Source: a virus (lineage: Duplodnaviria; Caudoviricetes). From it: a stretch of DNA of 35,162 nucleotides. The first letter of the stretch is position 1; the number at the start of each line of letters is the position of its first letter. Shown one piece after another: positions 33,394 to 35,162 of this stretch. The notes under the pieces are model-generated. The model did not search any database, was not told the origin of the DNA, and was given only the letters and a program-made list of their open reading frames with translations. Location: positions 1 through 35,162 of IMG/VR virus record IMGVR_UViG_3300028587_000020, one strand, 5' to 3'. A program made the translations under genes and the position numbers.

Positions 33394-33617
33394 CAATTCG
33401 TCTCGTCAAGTTCAACGAAGTTCCCACATGGTGGTGCTTCACTTGTGGCGACAGTGGTCTCATCGAACATTTCAGAGCCGATGAAACCTTGCTCCGCTAC
33501 GAGAAATGTGACTGCAAGCAGCCGCTTATTTGGAAGCCTTTCACGCGAGAAGTGTGGAAGCTTTCAGATGTCGAGCGCATCGCCGAGCGACGCAAAAAGA
33601 TCTACTGCCCGTTCTAA
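33390..33617 (+). CDS. Small Zn-binding protein
   Basis: CFTC.D.G...KCDC pattern. Confidence 0.7.
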   Translation: MTIRLVKFNEVPTWWCFTCGDSGLIEHFRADETLLRYEKCDCKQPLIWKPFTREVWKLSDVERIAERRKKIYCPF

Positions 33618-33629
33618 GGAAGGTAACAA

Positions 33630-34274
33630 GTGACAACCAACAAGGTCATGGAAATGATCAACGCCATCTTTGACGGAAAGCCGTACAGGATGGAGGTCAA
33701 TTCCGCTGACGACAACTTCGAGAACATGGAAGTTCGATTCAGGTCGGACAATGTCGTTTTCGTCGAAAAGGGGGGAGCTTTCGTTTGCACCGTCAATGAC
33801 CCCCGTATCGCACGTGAAATTGCTGCGGCACTTGTCACATGGGCGAACAGGCAGGAAAGCAGCAAGAGTAGCGGCGTTCACATTTTGGTGAGCGCGCCGA
33901 TCGCCCAGGACCCCGTGAACAATTCACGTGAATCCTGGTACACGCGCACCGTCCGAATGATGACGGACGACACTATCCAGCGAAACATGAAGGACCTCCA
34001 GAGTATCGAAGCTTCTCTTGCGAGCAATCGCAATGAGACGCCGGAACTGGAGGATGTTCGTGCCGCGATTTCCATTTGCCACGCCGAACTTCGCCGACGC
34101 AAGGAAACTCGCGCAACAACTTCACTCCGCGCGACCGAGCGAGTTAGCGGTCCCCCTGTTTCACCGGCAAAGGCTTACGGTTCCAATGAGCCGGGCAATC
34201 CTCACCCCGGAACTTTCCACGGCACTCAGATTTGCGCTGCTTGCCGAAATCTTGACAAGAACCCCGGCGAGTGA
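33630..34274 (+). CDS. Hypothetical protein (214 aa) with a C-terminal His/Cys cluster
   Basis: SD AAGGAAGGT; ends in HPGTFHGTQICAAC. Confidence 0.75.
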   Translation: MTTNKVMEMINAIFDGKPYRMEVNSADDNFENMEVRFRSDNVVFVEKGGAFVCTVNDPRIAREIAAALVTWANRQESSKSSGVHILVSAPIAQDPVNNSRESWYTRTVRMMTDDTIQRNMKDLQSIEASLASNRNETPELEDVRAAISICHAELRRRKETRATTSLRATERVSGPPVSPAKAYGSNEPGNPHPGTFHGTQICAACRNLDKNPGE

Positions 34275-34277
34275 ATC

Positions 34278-34505
34278 ATGTTCGAGTTTCACTTCGAGGG
34301 CGAGGAAACCTACGAAGGCACAACAAGTGACTTCTTAGAAGTCGTCTGCCAGATTGCACAGTTTTTCGACCAGTCGGTAGCAGGTTTTTATGTTGCCGCA
34401 CTGCTCGAAGACAAGGTGAAAGAACTTCCGTACCTTCGGGTGATTGACTGGAAATTCGACCTCACCTTGGGTGAAAAGGTCATCCGAGTTCACAAGGTGG
34501 TATGA
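34278..34505 (+). CDS. Hypothetical protein (75 aa)
   Basis: Follows the previous stop by 3 nt. Confidence 0.7.
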   Translation: MFEFHFEGEETYEGTTSDFLEVVCQIAQFFDQSVAGFYVAALLEDKVKELPYLRVIDWKFDLTLGEKVIRVHKVV

Positions 34506-34508
34506 ACA

Positions 34509-34643
34509 ATGAAAACAATGCCTGACGACAAAGAAGAAGAGTGCGGGGAATGTAACGCTTGCGTCTACGCCGAATATGACGGCGAAGACCCGAGCACTCA
34601 CTGCATCAAGTGCACTTGCATCTTCTGTATTCCGGGAGCGTAG
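34509..34643 (+). CDS. Cys-rich acidic microprotein (44 aa, 7 Cys), not in the ORF track
   Basis: MKTMPDDKEEECGECNACVYAEYDGEDPSTHCIKCTCIFCIPGA*, SD AAGGTGG. Confidence 0.65.
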   Translation: MKTMPDDKEEECGECNACVYAEYDGEDPSTHCIKCTCIFCIPGA

Positions 34644-34645
34644 TC

Positions 34646-34813
34646 ATGATGCGAAAGAAGTACACCCTGTGGCAGCGAATTGTTCTCGCCATGCGGGACA
34701 TTCGTGAAATGGCCACACTGTCCATGAGTTGCCCCGGGTGCGGAAGTTCGCAAGTAACTGGTGGGGACGGTTCATGGATTTGCCATCACTGCGGAGCGCA
34801 GTGGCAAAGCTGA
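34646..34813 (+). CDS. Zn-ribbon microprotein
   Basis: CPGCGS...WICHHCG; ATG 34646 follows SD GGGAG. Confidence 0.7.
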   Translation: MMRKKYTLWQRIVLAMRDIREMATLSMSCPGCGSSQVTGGDGSWICHHCGAQWQS

Positions 34814-34917
34814 GTCAGTGGGAAGTCCTTAGTCGTAGGGGTATTTGCAGATTTCACCACATGTTGGTGAAAAGATGCCCGTGCGTAGTGAAACCCACAC
34901 CCGAACCAAAGATCTGA
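34801..34917 (+). CDS. Cys/His microprotein (38 aa)
   Basis: MAKLSQWEVLSRRGICRFHHMLVKRCPCVVKPTPEPKI*, with SD GGAG before the GTG start. Confidence 0.5.
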   Translation: MAKLSQWEVLSRRGICRFHHMLVKRCPCVVKPTPEPKI

Positions 34918-34934
34918 AAGGTTAGCGGGGCCTC

Positions 34935-35093
34935 ATGGCAAGCGAGCAAGAAAAAGAAATCCAGGAGACAGGCGAGAAGCTTTTCGCCCAGGGTTACCGC
35001 CTTGGGTGCGAAGATAAAAAGTCTGACGGCGATCGCCCCATCCACCCCTCTTGCATTAACCCAAGTGGCGAATGTGGATGCGGCAAGGGTTAA
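34935..35093 (+). CDS. Cys/His microprotein (52 aa), not in the ORF track
   Basis: MASEQEKEIQETGEKLFAQGYRLGCEDKKSDGDRPIHPSCINPSGECGCGKG*, followed by a hairpin. Confidence 0.65.
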   Translation: MASEQEKEIQETGEKLFAQGYRLGCEDKKSDGDRPIHPSCINPSGECGCGKG

Positions 35094-35103
35094 CTGATCA
35101 AAT

Positions 35104-35143
35104 AGTGGGGACCGGATCAATTCGCGGTCCGGTCCCCACTTTC
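35104..35143 (+). terminator. Terminator-like hairpin
   Basis: AGTGGGGACCGGATC-AATTCGC-GGTCCGGTCCCCACT followed by TTC. The SD and ATG of the next gene lie at the window edge. Confidence 0.7.
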
Positions 35144-35162
35144 AAAGGAGGAAGATATGTGC

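Noticed and set aside
33370-33420. Hammerhead-like core CTGACGA
   Set aside because: No stem II followed by GAAA can be formed, and the motif lies inside a coding ORF.
1-35162. tRNA genes, CRISPR arrays, integrase/att sites, reverse transcriptase/DGR repeats
   Set aside because: I saw no cloverleaf with a T-loop, no regularly spaced repeats, no recombinase or RT motifs, and no near-identical TR/VR pair by eye. tRNAscan-SE and a self-dotplot would confirm this.

Overview
This window is about 35 kb of a tailed dsDNA phage genome with podovirus-type architecture (P22-like portal, adaptor and nozzle genes, large internal/ejection proteins, no tape measure). The host is almost certainly an actinobacterium and plausibly Streptomyces, judged from the WhiB-family gene, the amidase-LysM endolysin and an actinobacterial rrn boxA-like motif. 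Positions 1-2116 (+) are the end of the replication module (SF4/RepA-type helicase, RuvC-like resolvase). Positions 2193-28161 (-) form one long late/structural arm: XRE regulator, holin-like gene, putative TerS, endolysin, three paralogous tail-fibre-like genes, TerL, portal, scaffold, major capsid, adaptor, nozzle, ejection proteins, NlpC/P60, lytic transglycosylase and WhiB. Positions 28264-35162 (+) are an early/accessory arm of hypothetical genes and many Cys-rich microproteins. The most notable unexplained elements are: (i) a ~550-nt densely base-paired non-coding region (29225-29775) carrying an rRNA-type boxA-like motif and running into a 343-aa orphan gene, a candidate large phage ncRNA plus partner protein; (ii) a 164-nt G.U-rich rod hairpin with GGA(G) loops upstream of terL; (iii) a second structured intergenic region of ~480 nt; (iv) an Acb2/Tad1-like candidate nucleotide-sponge gene inside the head module; and (v) a shared C-terminal A-x-x-R-R motif on four small basic virion-module proteins. 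All assignments come from reading the sequence by eye; no searches or folding programs were run.
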